Source: a virus | Virus record (IMG/VR): IMGVR_UViG_3300025030_000074 | Location: 19,084-83,083 of that record | Direction: 5' to 3' (one strand) | DNA length: 64,000 bases | Shown: positions 17,083 to 27,117 of the stretch, piece by piece | Layout: each line of letters starts with the position of its first letter | Position numbering within the stretch: position 1 is the stretch's first letter | The notes under the pieces: generated by a model | The model's input: the letters and a program-made list of their open reading frames with translations, nothing else | What the model was told of the DNA's origin: nothing | Databases searched by the model: none | Position numbers and translations under genes: made by a program

Positions 17083-17875
17083 GCAATTAGGACAACATGT
17101 AGGCTTTGTACAAATACTTGATAAAAAAGGAAAAGTACTTATTGACATTATGAATGAAAAATGCTGTATGTATTTAAATACTTGCTCACATGATTTTGAC
17201 AAAGCTTTAATATATATACCAACAACTTGGATAGATGGAGGATTACCTACTCTTAAAAAGTGGATAAAATTTATTAATGACGTTGGATTCAGATGTAAAT
17301 ATATAAGCACTTTTGAATTAAAATATGAAAGATATAAAAGACCTAGAAAGGAAAAAGCATTTGAAGTAAAAATCACCTACAATTCTGATAAATTTACAAA
17401 AGAATATCCTTTAATAGTTTTCACTGCTTTAAGGTATTTATATTCACCAAAATACAAAGGACTAGTAAGTAAAACTTATCAACTGAAACGAGATTATCCA
17501 AAGTTTTCTAATTTTAAATGTTTATATTTAGCACATTATAATAAAGAGTACGATAGTGAGTTCTCTTTAAGAGCAAATAATGCAGCTTATCCTTTATCTT
17601 TAAAGCAATTAAAAGAAAAATTGCTATGTAATGGTTCTGAAAAATACATAAGTAATCCTATTCATAATATCTTTAATAATGGAATACAAAAAATTCTTAG
17701 TAAAAATTATAAAAATATGTATATTTATCTTGGTCAATCAAAAAGTTTTCAGAATAGATTTATAATAGAAAGAAATGCTTATACTAAAGCTATAAGACTA
17801 TTTAAACAAGGAAGAGTTATAGAACTATTGAATTTTTTAAAAAATAGAAAGATTGAAGATTTAGAAAACTTATGA
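17030..17875 (+). CDS. Hypothetical protein, possibly amidoligase-cluster associated
   Basis: 281 aa; ATGA-coupled to the COOH-NH2 ligase; true start may be the internal MPQINI. Confidence 0.6.
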   Translation: MKRNIMTFSKNMPQINIRQLGQHVGFVQILDKKGKVLIDIMNEKCCMYLNTCSHDFDKALIYIPTTWIDGGLPTLKKWIKFINDVGFRCKYISTFELKYERYKRPRKEKAFEVKITYNSDKFTKEYPLIVFTALRYLYSPKYKGLVSKTYQLKRDYPKFSNFKCLYLAHYNKEYDSEFSLRANNAAYPLSLKQLKEKLLCNGSEKYISNPIHNIFNNGIQKILSKNYKNMYIYLGQSKSFQNRFIIERNAYTKAIRLFKQGRVIELLNFLKNRKIEDLENL

Positions 17876-18708
17876 AAGAAGAAAAATTAATAAAAGGTCC
17901 TATTACCTACGGAGCAGATCCAGAAGTGTTTTTAAGAAATAAATATACGATGGAACTAGTATCCTCTATAGAAGTAATTAAAGGAACAAAAGAAAAGCCC
18001 TTAAAAGTACAAGAAGGTTATTTCTTAAGCCATGACAATGTAGCAGCAGAATTCACTATAAGACCTAGCTTAACTTTAAAAGAGTTTCAAGCAAATATGG
18101 AAAGAGGTATTTGGTGTTTAAATTCTGTACTTCCAGATAATCTGGAACTATTAATAGAATCATCTGCTTATTTTGATGAAAATCAATTACAAAATTCCGA
18201 AGCTAAAAAATTCGGATGCAGTCCTGATTTTAATGCATGGAAAGAAAGCAAAAATAAAGTTCCTGATGCAAGTAAAAGTAATCTTCGTTCAGCTGGGGCA
18301 CATGTTCATATTGGATTTACAAATAATTCTGAAAACTTTGATGGAATAGAAAAAATGGATGTAGTAATAAGATTTATCAAAGCTTTGGATATTTTCTTAG
18401 GAGTAGAATCAGTACTCTTGGATAAGGACGCCCAAAGAAGAAAACTTTATGGGCAAGCAGGATGCTTCAGGATACGTCCTTTTGGATTGGAATACCGCTC
18501 ATTGGGAAATTTTTGGATAAAAAATCCCAAAGGAATAAGATGGGTGTATAATGGAATAAAAAAAGCAATAAACTTTGTTAATAACTTTGAAGAGATAACT
18601 ATTGAAGATGAATCTATTATACAAAATTGTATAAATACTTATGACAAAGTTACTGCAGGATATCTATTAGACAAGTATAGACAAGTAAAAGTATTAGAAA
18701 CCATTTAA
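17872..18708 (+). CDS. phiEco32-like COOH-NH2 ligase (type 2)
   Basis: GADPEVF, DNVAAEF, FGCSPDFNAW, RSAGAHVHIG, RRKLYG.AG.FR, GLEYRSLGNFW. Confidence 0.9.
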   Translation: MKEEKLIKGPITYGADPEVFLRNKYTMELVSSIEVIKGTKEKPLKVQEGYFLSHDNVAAEFTIRPSLTLKEFQANMERGIWCLNSVLPDNLELLIESSAYFDENQLQNSEAKKFGCSPDFNAWKESKNKVPDASKSNLRSAGAHVHIGFTNNSENFDGIEKMDVVIRFIKALDIFLGVESVLLDKDAQRRKLYGQAGCFRIRPFGLEYRSLGNFWIKNPKGIRWVYNGIKKAINFVNNFEEITIEDESIIQNCINTYDKVTAGYLLDKYRQVKVLETI

Positions 18709-18734
18709 ATTTACTAACTTAAAACTAAAATACC

Positions 18735-19154
18735 ATGATTTGTTATTATGCTCATAGTCTATTAACTTACGGAACAGTAAAGGAATATCATGAAAGAACA
18801 TTCCTTGAAACAAAATTCCAAAAAGTTATATGCCCCAACAGAGATTTAGGAGGAAATTCTCCTTCTGTATCTATGGAACCTTTTCTAAATATGGTTTCTG
18901 TTTGTAATGTTTTAGTTGTATCAGAATTCAGAGGTTTCATAGGAAAAGGAGTCTTCACAGAAGTTTGTAGGGCAGCCGGAGAAAATAAACAAATCTTGGT
19001 TTTAAGAAAAGTAAACAGTAGCTTAAAGCTTTTAGAATTTAAAAAAGTAGTTTTAAATGATGAAAGTGATTGGAAACTTAATTATGGAATAGTTTACGTA
19101 AAATCTGAAAAAAAAACTAACATCAATAAAAACTATGAAAACAAAATTTCTTAA
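18735..19154 (+). CDS. Nucleoside 2-deoxyribosyltransferase-like protein
   Basis: YYAHS...ICPN...CNVLVV...GKGVFTEV..A pattern. Confidence 0.6.
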   Translation: MICYYAHSLLTYGTVKEYHERTFLETKFQKVICPNRDLGGNSPSVSMEPFLNMVSVCNVLVVSEFRGFIGKGVFTEVCRAAGENKQILVLRKVNSSLKLLEFKKVVLNDESDWKLNYGIVYVKSEKKTNINKNYENKIS

Positions 19155-19290
19155 TACTTGTCCTGTTACAGGAGGCCTCTGTGCTAATCCTCTTTGTATG
19201 TTTGGATGTATAGAGAATATTATTACAAAGACAAAAATTAGTAAATATAAAGTTTCAATAAAAAAACAATTCCTTGATAAAAAAGTATGA
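19135..19290 (+). CDS. 51-aa Cys-rich peptide (not in ORF track)
   Basis: MKTKFLNTCPVTGGLCANPLCMFGC...; typical AAAACT-ATG leader. Confidence 0.45.
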   Translation: MKTKFLNTCPVTGGLCANPLCMFGCIENIITKTKISKYKVSIKKQFLDKKV

Positions 19291-19564
19291 AAGAGAAAGG
19301 ACCATTCATTCTCTTATAAAGAAGAATTGCCTTATAAATCGTTCGGAAACTAGCACTACAAAGATAAAAGGTCAAAATATTGCTCCTAAGACTATTGAAG
19401 TAGGATTTGCAAGAAGACTGGGAAACGGTTCTTGGGGACAAATAGGGTTTCTGAAAAGTAGATATGGATATAAGGTAAGTAGATCGAAAATGAAAAAGAA
19501 GTTATTAACTAAAAATATAACACATGTTAAATTTGATAAGAGAAGTAGATTACGTTTGGTGTGA
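19274..19564 (+). CDS. Basic hypothetical protein (start uncertain)
   Basis: LGNGSWGQIGFL..YGY motif; TTG start, with an out-of-frame ATG at 19287. Confidence 0.6.
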   Translation: MIKKYERERTIHSLIKKNCLINRSETSTTKIKGQNIAPKTIEVGFARRLGNGSWGQIGFLKSRYGYKVSRSKMKKKLLTKNITHVKFDKRSRLRLV

Positions 19565-19665
19565 ATGTATAGTACCAACAGCAAAAGTTTTGACTGTTTT
19601 TCTTTGTGCACTATCAGCAATAGTAGTAATTATGCTATTTCTAAGTTGTATCATCTAATAATAAT

Positions 19666-19789
19666 AAAAGACCCGGATAGTTTACTGAATAACTGCAGGC
19701 GAGCTGTCTCTTTTGGAAGTTAATTCTCAACAATGGCTTTCTGGGGGACAAAAGGAGAAGTCGAGATTATCCTAATGTCCGGGCTTTTT
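19666..19789 (+). ncRNA. Inverted-repeat-bracketed structured element / attenuator-terminator
   Basis: AAAGACCCGGA...TCCGGGCTTTT closing stem, internal TCTCTTTTG/CAAAAGGAGA, then a U-tract. Confidence 0.45.
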
Positions 19790-19807
19790 TATATTTGTAA
19801 AAAATAA

Positions 19808-20425
19808 ATGGAAGAAAATTTAATTGAACAAGAACTATATGAATCTTCATATTTAAAACAACTGTATGCCCTGCCCTATGCTTTTGAGATTTTAAGTAAA
19901 AAGCTTTTTAGAGACAGAAGTAAGATGGAAGAATCTCTTGCTATTCTAAAGACTATAAAGGACCATTTTATAACTGGGTCCGGCATTGATCCTAAAGATG
20001 ATTTAGTTAAGGTTTTTATACTTGAAGATTCAAAAAGTTCCTCTATAGGAACCATTTTAGGATATGAGACAATGTGGAATATAAAGATTTTTAACAAAAG
20101 CATAGATTTAAGGAATGGTACTTCAAATTATCTAATTAAAGAAAACGATAATCTAAAGATTTACGTTACAGACTTGTATAAAGGGGCAACTTCTGCTACA
20201 ACAGAAAACGAATACCTTTTTCCTTTGATAATCATAAAATTGGATCCAAAAGTTAATTTAGACCTTGTTTTAACACAGTACTTTGAAAAATACAGTGAAA
20301 AATATTTAATAGAGTTATCTTCTCACGAATACCAAACATCTTCTACATCTCCTTATACACTTTGTAACCTAGATCCTAATATTTCAGGAATCAATAAATA
20401 TTTAAAAATATGGTATTATGTTTGA
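19808..20425 (+). CDS. Hypothetical protein
   Basis: 205-aa ORF; TATATTTG -7-like element just upstream. Confidence 0.7.
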   Translation: MEENLIEQELYESSYLKQLYALPYAFEILSKKLFRDRSKMEESLAILKTIKDHFITGSGIDPKDDLVKVFILEDSKSSSIGTILGYETMWNIKIFNKSIDLRNGTSNYLIKENDNLKIYVTDLYKGATSATTENEYLFPLIIIKLDPKVNLDLVLTQYFEKYSEKYLIELSSHEYQTSSTSPYTLCNLDPNISGINKYLKIWYYV

Positions 20426-20774
20426 AATTGGAGCAATAGTTATACATAAGAATCCTCTACATAGAGAACCTTCTCATGGTTATGGGATTATACAAGAGAT
20501 TGATAATGAAAGCGGAGATGTTTATATTAATTGGATAAGTACCCAGTTAGGAGGATCCAACTATACAGATTGGGTTGATCCTGAATATCTTTTACCTTTT
20601 ATGGATAATTCTTTAAAAAATAAGTTTTACATTGGATCAAAGGTAAAGATAAAGCGTACAGGAAGACACGGAACCATAGAAAATCTAATAGGAAAAAATA
20701 CTTTATCTATTAGAACTGGAAGAAAGACTATTAGAACCTTTAGTAAAGAAGACGTAAAAATAGAAACCAATTAA
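20418..20774 (+). CDS. Tandem SH3/KOW-like protein (NLIGK family)
   Basis: FEIGAIV...; FYIGSKVKI...GTIENLIGK. Confidence 0.6.
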   Translation: MFEIGAIVIHKNPLHREPSHGYGIIQEIDNESGDVYINWISTQLGGSNYTDWVDPEYLLPFMDNSLKNKFYIGSKVKIKRTGRHGTIENLIGKNTLSIRTGRKTIRTFSKEDVKIETN

Positions 20775-20778
20775 TGCT

Positions 20779-22716
20779 ATGATATATTTGATATCTGATT
20801 ACCTTGTAGAAGGTATTCAATCTACTACTATATCTAAGGCTTGGGATGATCTATGGAAAGAGAGTATAATAGGAATAGATACCGAAACCACTGGATTAGA
20901 TCCTTATCTTTCTGAAGTAGTAATGCTCCAAATAGGAACATTAGAAAACCAATATATCATAGATACAAGAAAGAGAGATCTATATTATTTAATAGATATC
21001 CTGGAAGGCGATAGATATACGAAAGTAGGACACAATCTTAAATTTGATTATTCTTTTATCTTAAAGCAATTTGGAATAAATCTAACAATGCTTTATGATA
21101 CTATGGTAACGGAATGTGTCCTAAGGGCTGGTCGAAAAGGAATAAAATTTGGGTTAGATGTCCTTTGTAATTTCTATAACATAAACATTTTTCAAAACAA
21201 TGAGAAACGAGACTTAAGGAAGCAATTTCTCCATATAGGAGATAAGCCTTTTACAAAAGAACAAGTTCTCTATGGTGCTAATGATATAATAGCAAGTCTA
21301 AAAGTCAGAGAAGCCCAACTTCCTATCATAAAAGATTTACAACTTGAAAAAACTGTAGAACTTGAAAATGATTTTGTTCCAGTATTAGCCAATATTGAGT
21401 TCAATGGAATAGGAGTGGATAAAGAAAAACTTGAGTCCCTTTGTAAAATATATGAAAACCGTTTAATTATAGCGAGATTACTTCTTAACGAATATATATT
21501 TAATCATCCTAAACTAAGTAAATATATTTCAAATCAGCTAGATATGTTTTCTGATAAAAAGAAATGTACTGTATGCTGGAGTTCTCCCAAAGATGTAATA
21601 GAAGTCTTAAATACTTTAGGAGTATCCACGGAAGTTGTGGATAAATATACTGGAAAGAAAAAGAACAGTTGCGAAGCATCTCATCTAAAGAAGTTTGAAA
21701 AAGGATTCGACTTTATCTCTCCTTATTTAAACTACAAGGAATTAGAAAAGCTTGTTTCTACCTATGGAGAAAACTTAATCCGAAGGATTCATCCTGTAAC
21801 TAATAGGCTGCACTCAGATTTCTGGCAGGTCGTATCGACTGGTAGAGTTTCGTCTCGAGATCCGAATCTTCAAAATCTTCCTAATGATAAAGATATGAGA
21901 AGTTGCTTTATAGCCGCTCCGGGATATAAATTGATAATTTGTGATTACCGACAACAAGAACCTTCTATATTGGCAGATAAAAGTCAAGATGAAACCCTAC
22001 TTAAGTTTTTTAAAGATGGAGAAGGTGATATTCATTCTCTTATTGCATCAAGAATGTATACTATTATCAATGGTAAAGAAACTATTGTAACAAAGACTAA
22101 TGAAAACAAACATCTAAGAGCACATGGTAAAACTCTCGGTCTAGGAATGGATTACGGAAAGACTGCTTATACTATCCAATATGATCTTGATGTAAGTAAA
22201 GTAGAAGCACAGAAGTTTGTAGACGCTTATTGGACTAGTTTTCCTGGAAAACGTCATTATTTTGACAAAGAAATATCTAAAGCATTAAAAAATGGCTATA
22301 TTCTAATAGAAGATGTAATAAATAGAATAATGTGGATATCGGATTATACAGAATTCAAATTTCTATCTAATAAAAACTTTAAAGCCCTAACTAAAGAAGA
22401 AAGGTCAAAATATTTTAGGATTAAAGGAAATATAGAAAGAGCGGCCCAAAATTCTCCAATTCAAGGCACCGCTGCTTCTATGACCAAATATGCTTTAATT
22501 CTCATACAGAAAGAAATAGTAGAAGAAGGTTGGAGTGAAGATGTTAAAATAGTAAATATTTGCCATGATGAAATCATAACGGAATGTACAGAAGAGATAG
22601 TAGAAAAAGCTTCTTATATGATACAGAATTGTATGATTATTGCTGGAGAATATTTTTGCAAAACAGTTCCTATAAAAGTTGATCCTATTATATCTAACTA
22701 TTGGGAAAAAGGATAA
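20779..22716 (+). CDS. polA: DNA polymerase family A (3'-5' exonuclease + polymerase)
   Basis: DTETTG, GHNLKFD, YGAND; TGRVSSRDPNLQN, DYRQQE, RxxxKxxxLGxxYG, NSPIQGTAA, CHDE. Confidence 0.97.
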   Translation: MIYLISDYLVEGIQSTTISKAWDDLWKESIIGIDTETTGLDPYLSEVVMLQIGTLENQYIIDTRKRDLYYLIDILEGDRYTKVGHNLKFDYSFILKQFGINLTMLYDTMVTECVLRAGRKGIKFGLDVLCNFYNINIFQNNEKRDLRKQFLHIGDKPFTKEQVLYGANDIIASLKVREAQLPIIKDLQLEKTVELENDFVPVLANIEFNGIGVDKEKLESLCKIYENRLIIARLLLNEYIFNHPKLSKYISNQLDMFSDKKKCTVCWSSPKDVIEVLNTLGVSTEVVDKYTGKKKNSCEASHLKKFEKGFDFISPYLNYKELEKLVSTYGENLIRRIHPVTNRLHSDFWQVVSTGRVSSRDPNLQNLPNDKDMRSCFIAAPGYKLIICDYRQQEPSILADKSQDETLLKFFKDGEGDIHSLIASRMYTIINGKETIVTKTNENKHLRAHGKTLGLGMDYGKTAYTIQYDLDVSKVEAQKFVDAYWTSFPGKRHYFDKEISKALKNGYILIEDVINRIMWISDYTEFKFLSNKNFKALTKEERSKYFRIKGNIERAAQNSPIQGTAASMTKYALILIQKEIVEEGWSEDVKIVNICHDEIITECTEEIVEKASYMIQNCMIIAGEYFCKTVPIKVDPIISNYWEKG

Positions 22717-22720
22717 AGAT

Positions 22721-22909
22721 ATGCTTAATAAAAACAAAAAACTAAGTTATTCTGATATAATAAGTAAATTTCCAAAAGACAGAATACTTAGTACTTTAAA
22801 ACAATATATGACATTAAAATCTACTTTTGGAGAAGATTTACAAAAAACTCCTAAAACCTATATCTGCGAATCATTGGTATCTATATTAAAACAAAAAACA
22901 AATGTTTAA
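22721..22909 (+). CDS. Hypothetical protein (start revised)
   Basis: ATG 4 nt after the polA stop. Confidence 0.55.
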   Translation: MLNKNKKLSYSDIISKFPKDRILSTLKQYMTLKSTFGEDLQKTPKTYICESLVSILKQKTNV

Positions 22910-23300
22910 AGTAGGAGATATAATTACAATAAAAAGTTTTGAAGAAATACAAGCATGTTCTACAGAAAATTATATGGGTTTTCGCGAGTCTACAGAAGGT
23001 TTTTCTGTTTTTTTTGCTCCCTTAATGTCTGACATTTGTAATTACACTTTTAGAATAGATGAAATTAATGAGCGGGGAAATGCATGTATACATGGCTGGG
23101 AAATAGCTCCCTGGATGGTAAAATATATGGCAACAAAATCAACCATTAAAAGAAAAAGAAAACTAAGAGTAGGAAATAATGTAGAGCATAAGCAAAATGG
23201 TGTTTGTACAGTTTTAAACTTAATAGGAAAAAAAGTACTACTTCTTACTAATAGTGGAATAACTTTTTTAAGTGAGAGAAATGAAATTAAATTTATTTAA
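22902..23300 (+). CDS. Tandem SH3/KOW-like protein (NLIGK family)
   Basis: FKVGDIITIK...; LRVGNNV...CTVLNLIGK. Confidence 0.6.
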   Translation: MFKVGDIITIKSFEEIQACSTENYMGFRESTEGFSVFFAPLMSDICNYTFRIDEINERGNACIHGWEIAPWMVKYMATKSTIKRKRKLRVGNNVEHKQNGVCTVLNLIGKKVLLLTNSGITFLSERNEIKFI

Positions 23301-23321
23301 TAACCAATTAATACTAAAACA

Positions 23322-24176
23322 ATGACAAAAGCAAAAAAGTTTACAAATTTTCGTCCTATTGTGAAGTCAAGACATCCTTCTCATAGGGAATTGAGAAAAC
23401 AGGTATTTGATTTACTACCTTTTAGATCAGTAGTAAGATTAGGATCTTCAACTAAGATGAAAGATGACGTCACCTCTGGAGGAAATAGGGTAGAATGTAA
23501 TACAATAAACGCAATAGAGACAAGTTCTGATAAGCTTCTTATGAAGGAAACATTTGCAAGCCATCAAATTCTAACTCCTGAATGGTTTCAGGTTGAAGAT
23601 TTACGTACTACAGGAGGAGGACTTTTGGAAGAGAAAATTAATGATCTTCCTTATCCTATAATAGCCAAAAGAATTTATGGATCTAGAGGACGAGGACTTA
23701 AAAAGATAGAAACTAAAGAAGAAATGAAAAAGTTTCTTGAAAAAGATAATATTGATGATTACTACTTTGAAAAATATTATACCTATGCAAGAGAATATCG
23801 TTTGCATGTTACTCAAGATGGATATTTCTATGCTTGTAGGAAAATGTTAAAAGAAGAAACTCCGGAAGATAAAAGATTTTACAGGAATGATTCTAATTGT
23901 GTATGGTTTTTAGAATCAAATTCTGGCTTTGACAAGCCAGTTAACTGGGATAAAATAGTAAAAACATCCGTAGAGGCATTAAAAGCCGTAGAATTAGACA
24001 TAGGAGCAATAGATGTTCTGGTTCAAAGTGCTGTAAACTCATCCGGAGACGATAGAATAGATCCCAAATTCCTAATTCTTGAATGTAATTCGGCTCCTAG
24101 CTTTGGAGAAGTAACTCTTGAAAAATATATTAAGGAAATTCCAAAAGTTTTGAGAAAAAAATTCGAAACAGTTTAA
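23322..24176 (+). CDS. ATP-grasp ligase
   Basis: DKLLMK, PIIAKRIYGSRGRG, EKY...EYRLHV, GAIDV, ILECNSAPS. Confidence 0.9.
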   Translation: MTKAKKFTNFRPIVKSRHPSHRELRKQVFDLLPFRSVVRLGSSTKMKDDVTSGGNRVECNTINAIETSSDKLLMKETFASHQILTPEWFQVEDLRTTGGGLLEEKINDLPYPIIAKRIYGSRGRGLKKIETKEEMKKFLEKDNIDDYYFEKYYTYAREYRLHVTQDGYFYACRKMLKEETPEDKRFYRNDSNCVWFLESNSGFDKPVNWDKIVKTSVEALKAVELDIGAIDVLVQSAVNSSGDDRIDPKFLILECNSAPSFGEVTLEKYIKEIPKVLRKKFETV

Positions 24177-24182
24177 GGATAT

Positions 24183-25394
24183 ATGTGCGGATTAATAGGA
24201 TTTTCAGGAAAAGAAAATTTTAATACTGAAAAAATAGGAATGCTCCTCTTATATAATGATATAAGAGGAGGCCATTCCACAGGAATATGGACTAATGAAA
24301 AAGATAATATAGTTGTAAATACAGGAACCGCAGCAGAAGATTTTTTACCCGACTTTAAGATAAATCCTGCAACCATGTTTATAGGGCATACCAGATTTGC
24401 TACTATGGGAGCAAGGTCTAAGGAAAATGCTCATCCATTTAGATATGGAAACGTAATAGGAGCCCATAATGGTACCATTAATAATTGTAGATTAATATGT
24501 ACCAAATATGATGTAAACTATATAGATGATGTAGATGTAGACAGCCAATCTCTATTTATGCTTTTAGATAAGTTGCAAAATGAAGAGATACTGGAAAAAT
24601 ATAAGGGAGCTGCGGCTATCTTATTTACAAGAAGCGATGGAAGCTTATATGCATATAGAGATTCTGAAAGACCTTTATTTAGAGGAGAAACTGATGAAGG
24701 AATATATCTGTCTTCTATAGAATCAAGTCTAAAAACAATAGGATGCATTAGAATAAAGTCTCTCGCTGAAAATTTTTTATATAAAATTGTAGATGGTAAA
24801 ATCATAGATACAAAAAAGATAAACAGAAAGAATATTTTAGAAGAGGAAAAAATACAAGAAGATAATAACTCTTACAATGGATATCCAAATAACTCTTACA
24901 ATGGATATCCAAATACTAATACACACAATACTGGGTATTCAAATACTGATACCATAAAACATCATCAAAACTGTTTATGTCAACCCTGCATAACTAAAAG
25001 AATGGAAGAAGGCCCATCTAGGATAATAGAAAGACCTGGGTTTTTTGGTGTTAAAAATTCTATAGAGCCTTCAAAACTTTTAGGAATGAATGGACGGCCT
25101 ATAAACGAAAATGAAAACGATATAGAAACTCCTTTTCTTGATGATTACATAGAAGATAAAAAAGTAAAAAAGGACCCTACTGTATTAAGAGCAGAAGATT
25201 TTAAGGAAATAGAAGCTCAATATTGGAGTATCCTTGAAAACGTAAGGGAAGGATTAAAGGATATAAAAGAGGGAATACCTTATCTCAATGAATTTAATTT
25301 AGAAGATGATAAAAAAGAATTGCTTATGAAAGTAGAGGAAAGCATTGATTTAGTAGAAGAGGATATTTTTGAGATGTTTAAGCTAAATGAATAA
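24183..25394 (+). CDS. Class II (Ntn) glutamine amidotransferase with long C-terminal tail
   Basis: MCGLIG, RGGHSTG, GHTRFAT, NAHPF, HNGTI, VDS. Confidence 0.92.
   Translation: MCGLIGFSGKENFNTEKIGMLLLYNDIRGGHSTGIWTNEKDNIVVNTGTAAEDFLPDFKINPATMFIGHTRFATMGARSKENAHPFRYGNVIGAHNGTINNCRLICTKYDVNYIDDVDVDSQSLFMLLDKLQNEEILEKYKGAAAILFTRSDGSLYAYRDSERPLFRGETDEGIYLSSIESSLKTIGCIRIKSLAENFLYKIVDGKIIDTKKINRKNILEEEKIQEDNNSYNGYPNNSYNGYPNTNTHNTGYSNTDTIKHHQNCLCQPCITKRMEEGPSRIIERPGFFGVKNSIEPSKLLGMNGRPINENENDIETPFLDDYIEDKKVKKDPTVLRAEDFKEIEAQYWSILENVREGLKDIKEGIPYLNEFNLEDDKKELLMKVEESIDLVEEDIFEMFKLNE
24864..24911 (+). repeat. 24-bp tandem duplication (NNSYNGYP x2)
   Basis: AATAACTCTTACAATGGATATCCA twice in the GATase linker. 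Confidence 0.9.
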
Positions 25395-27117
25395 AGAGAA
25401 AAAAGAAATAAAGTTTGAAATTGGTGATATAGTAACTTGTAGCAAGGAATCAGATTTAGTATTCGGAGTTACCAATTCAAACATGTCAAAAGGCAAGATA
25501 AAAAGTATTGAGGATGATAAAACTGTTACTATAGAAGTTTTAGAACATAGATGTCCCATATTTATTGGAAGAATAGAAGACGAAGTACCTTTAAAGTATC
25601 TTATTTTAATAGAAAGAAAGCCAAAAGTAAAAAGAGCTCCTAATGGATATGTCACTCTATACAACGGAGAAATATGCAAAAAGGAAAAGGCCTCTTCTCT
25701 AGATGGAAAATACTATATTAAGGATGTTTCTATGTTTTGCATAGAGAGTAAATGGTATGGGGTAGATAACCCTTCTATTGCTCTCGATAGGCGTAATAAT
25801 ACCTATACTTTAAAAGGATATCTTCAATTAGGAATAGTGGGAATAACCAAAGAAGGAATGCCTGAAAAAGGATATTTTAGTAGGTTAGAAAGTTGTCCTG
25901 AAGCGAGATTATATGAAGGAGGTGGCTATAATCAATATTCTATATTAAGTATGGAAGTGGCAGAACAAAATAAGTTCTGGGAATGTCTAAATTCCGGTTA
26001 CTTTTATGCAAAAGATAGAATAAGCGAATACTCTGATCTTCATAAAGCTCAACATATAGATTTTAATCATACTATTTATCCTAATGAAATTGAATCAAAA
26101 GTCGATAATTTTCAGTATGGAATCCTATCTCCTTCTTACGTAATAACGGAAGGAAAGAGATATTCCTATGGAATCGAAATAGAGACCAGTGCTGGAAGAC
26201 TTCCTGCACATGCTTACTATAAGAAGTTGAATTTAAAATGTGTGCATGATGGAAGCATAACGGGAGGAGAATGGGTCACTGGTATCTTAACAGGAGATTC
26301 AGGATTTTTACATCTTAATAAAATATGTTGCGAGTTGTCAAAGAGATGTTCAGTAGATGCCAAGTGCGGGTTACATATCCATGTAGGAGGAGCATTATTC
26401 AACAAAGAATTTACTGTTTACTCTTACTTATTAGGAAGAAAGTTAGAAAAAGATTTCTTTTCTATAGTACCCCTATCCAGAAAAGAAAACAGATTTTGCA
26501 GAATTTTGCCTTTTTTAGAAGGACTTTCTGATAATAAAACCTATTTGCATTCGGAAAGTATCGTAAGATATCATGAGAGAATAGAGGAAGACTATTCTAA
26601 AATATATTCCTATTTAAGTGGTGGAAGTCCGGCTTCCTTTAATATGAATAAGAAAAAAAGTAATCCAAATGGAAGATATACTTCTTCTAGATATCATTGG
26701 TTAAATCTGGTTACATGCAACTTCTGTACAAGGCACGAAATTCCCATTGATGTAAATAATATAGACTCCTCTTCAAATATATATACAGTAGAATTAAGAC
26801 TTCCTAACGCAACTTTGAGTTATGGGAAGATAAAGTCGTGGATACTAATATTTATGGCCTTTGTGTGGTTTGTTGAAAATAGAAAAAGAGATATTCTGGA
26901 AAACAAAGACATAAACCTGGAATATGTAATAGGAGAAGCTTTTCCCAAAAATGGAAAATTTCTTGTGGAATTTATAAAACTAAGAAAAAAACTATTTAGT
27001 GATGAAGAAAATAATGGTATTAATAATGAAGCTTTTGAATATAGGAAGGAAAATAATGCAAGTTACCCAGAAAAAGTGAGCCAAATAATAGAAAACAATA
27101 AGAAAGCATGTGTTTGA
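25387..27117 (+). CDS. Putative amidoligase (glutamine synthetase-like fold) with N-terminal SH3-like domain
   Basis: YGIEIET, HDGSI..GEWVT, CGLHIHVG, RYHWLN, TVELR. Confidence 0.85.
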   Translation: MNKEKKEIKFEIGDIVTCSKESDLVFGVTNSNMSKGKIKSIEDDKTVTIEVLEHRCPIFIGRIEDEVPLKYLILIERKPKVKRAPNGYVTLYNGEICKKEKASSLDGKYYIKDVSMFCIESKWYGVDNPSIALDRRNNTYTLKGYLQLGIVGITKEGMPEKGYFSRLESCPEARLYEGGGYNQYSILSMEVAEQNKFWECLNSGYFYAKDRISEYSDLHKAQHIDFNHTIYPNEIESKVDNFQYGILSPSYVITEGKRYSYGIEIETSAGRLPAHAYYKKLNLKCVHDGSITGGEWVTGILTGDSGFLHLNKICCELSKRCSVDAKCGLHIHVGGALFNKEFTVYSYLLGRKLEKDFFSIVPLSRKENRFCRILPFLEGLSDNKTYLHSESIVRYHERIEEDYSKIYSYLSGGSPASFNMNKKKSNPNGRYTSSRYHWLNLVTCNFCTRHEIPIDVNNIDSSSNIYTVELRLPNATLSYGKIKSWILIFMAFVWFVENRKRDILENKDINLEYVIGEAFPKNGKFLVEFIKLRKKLFSDEENNGINNEAFEYRKENNASYPEKVSQIIENNKKACV

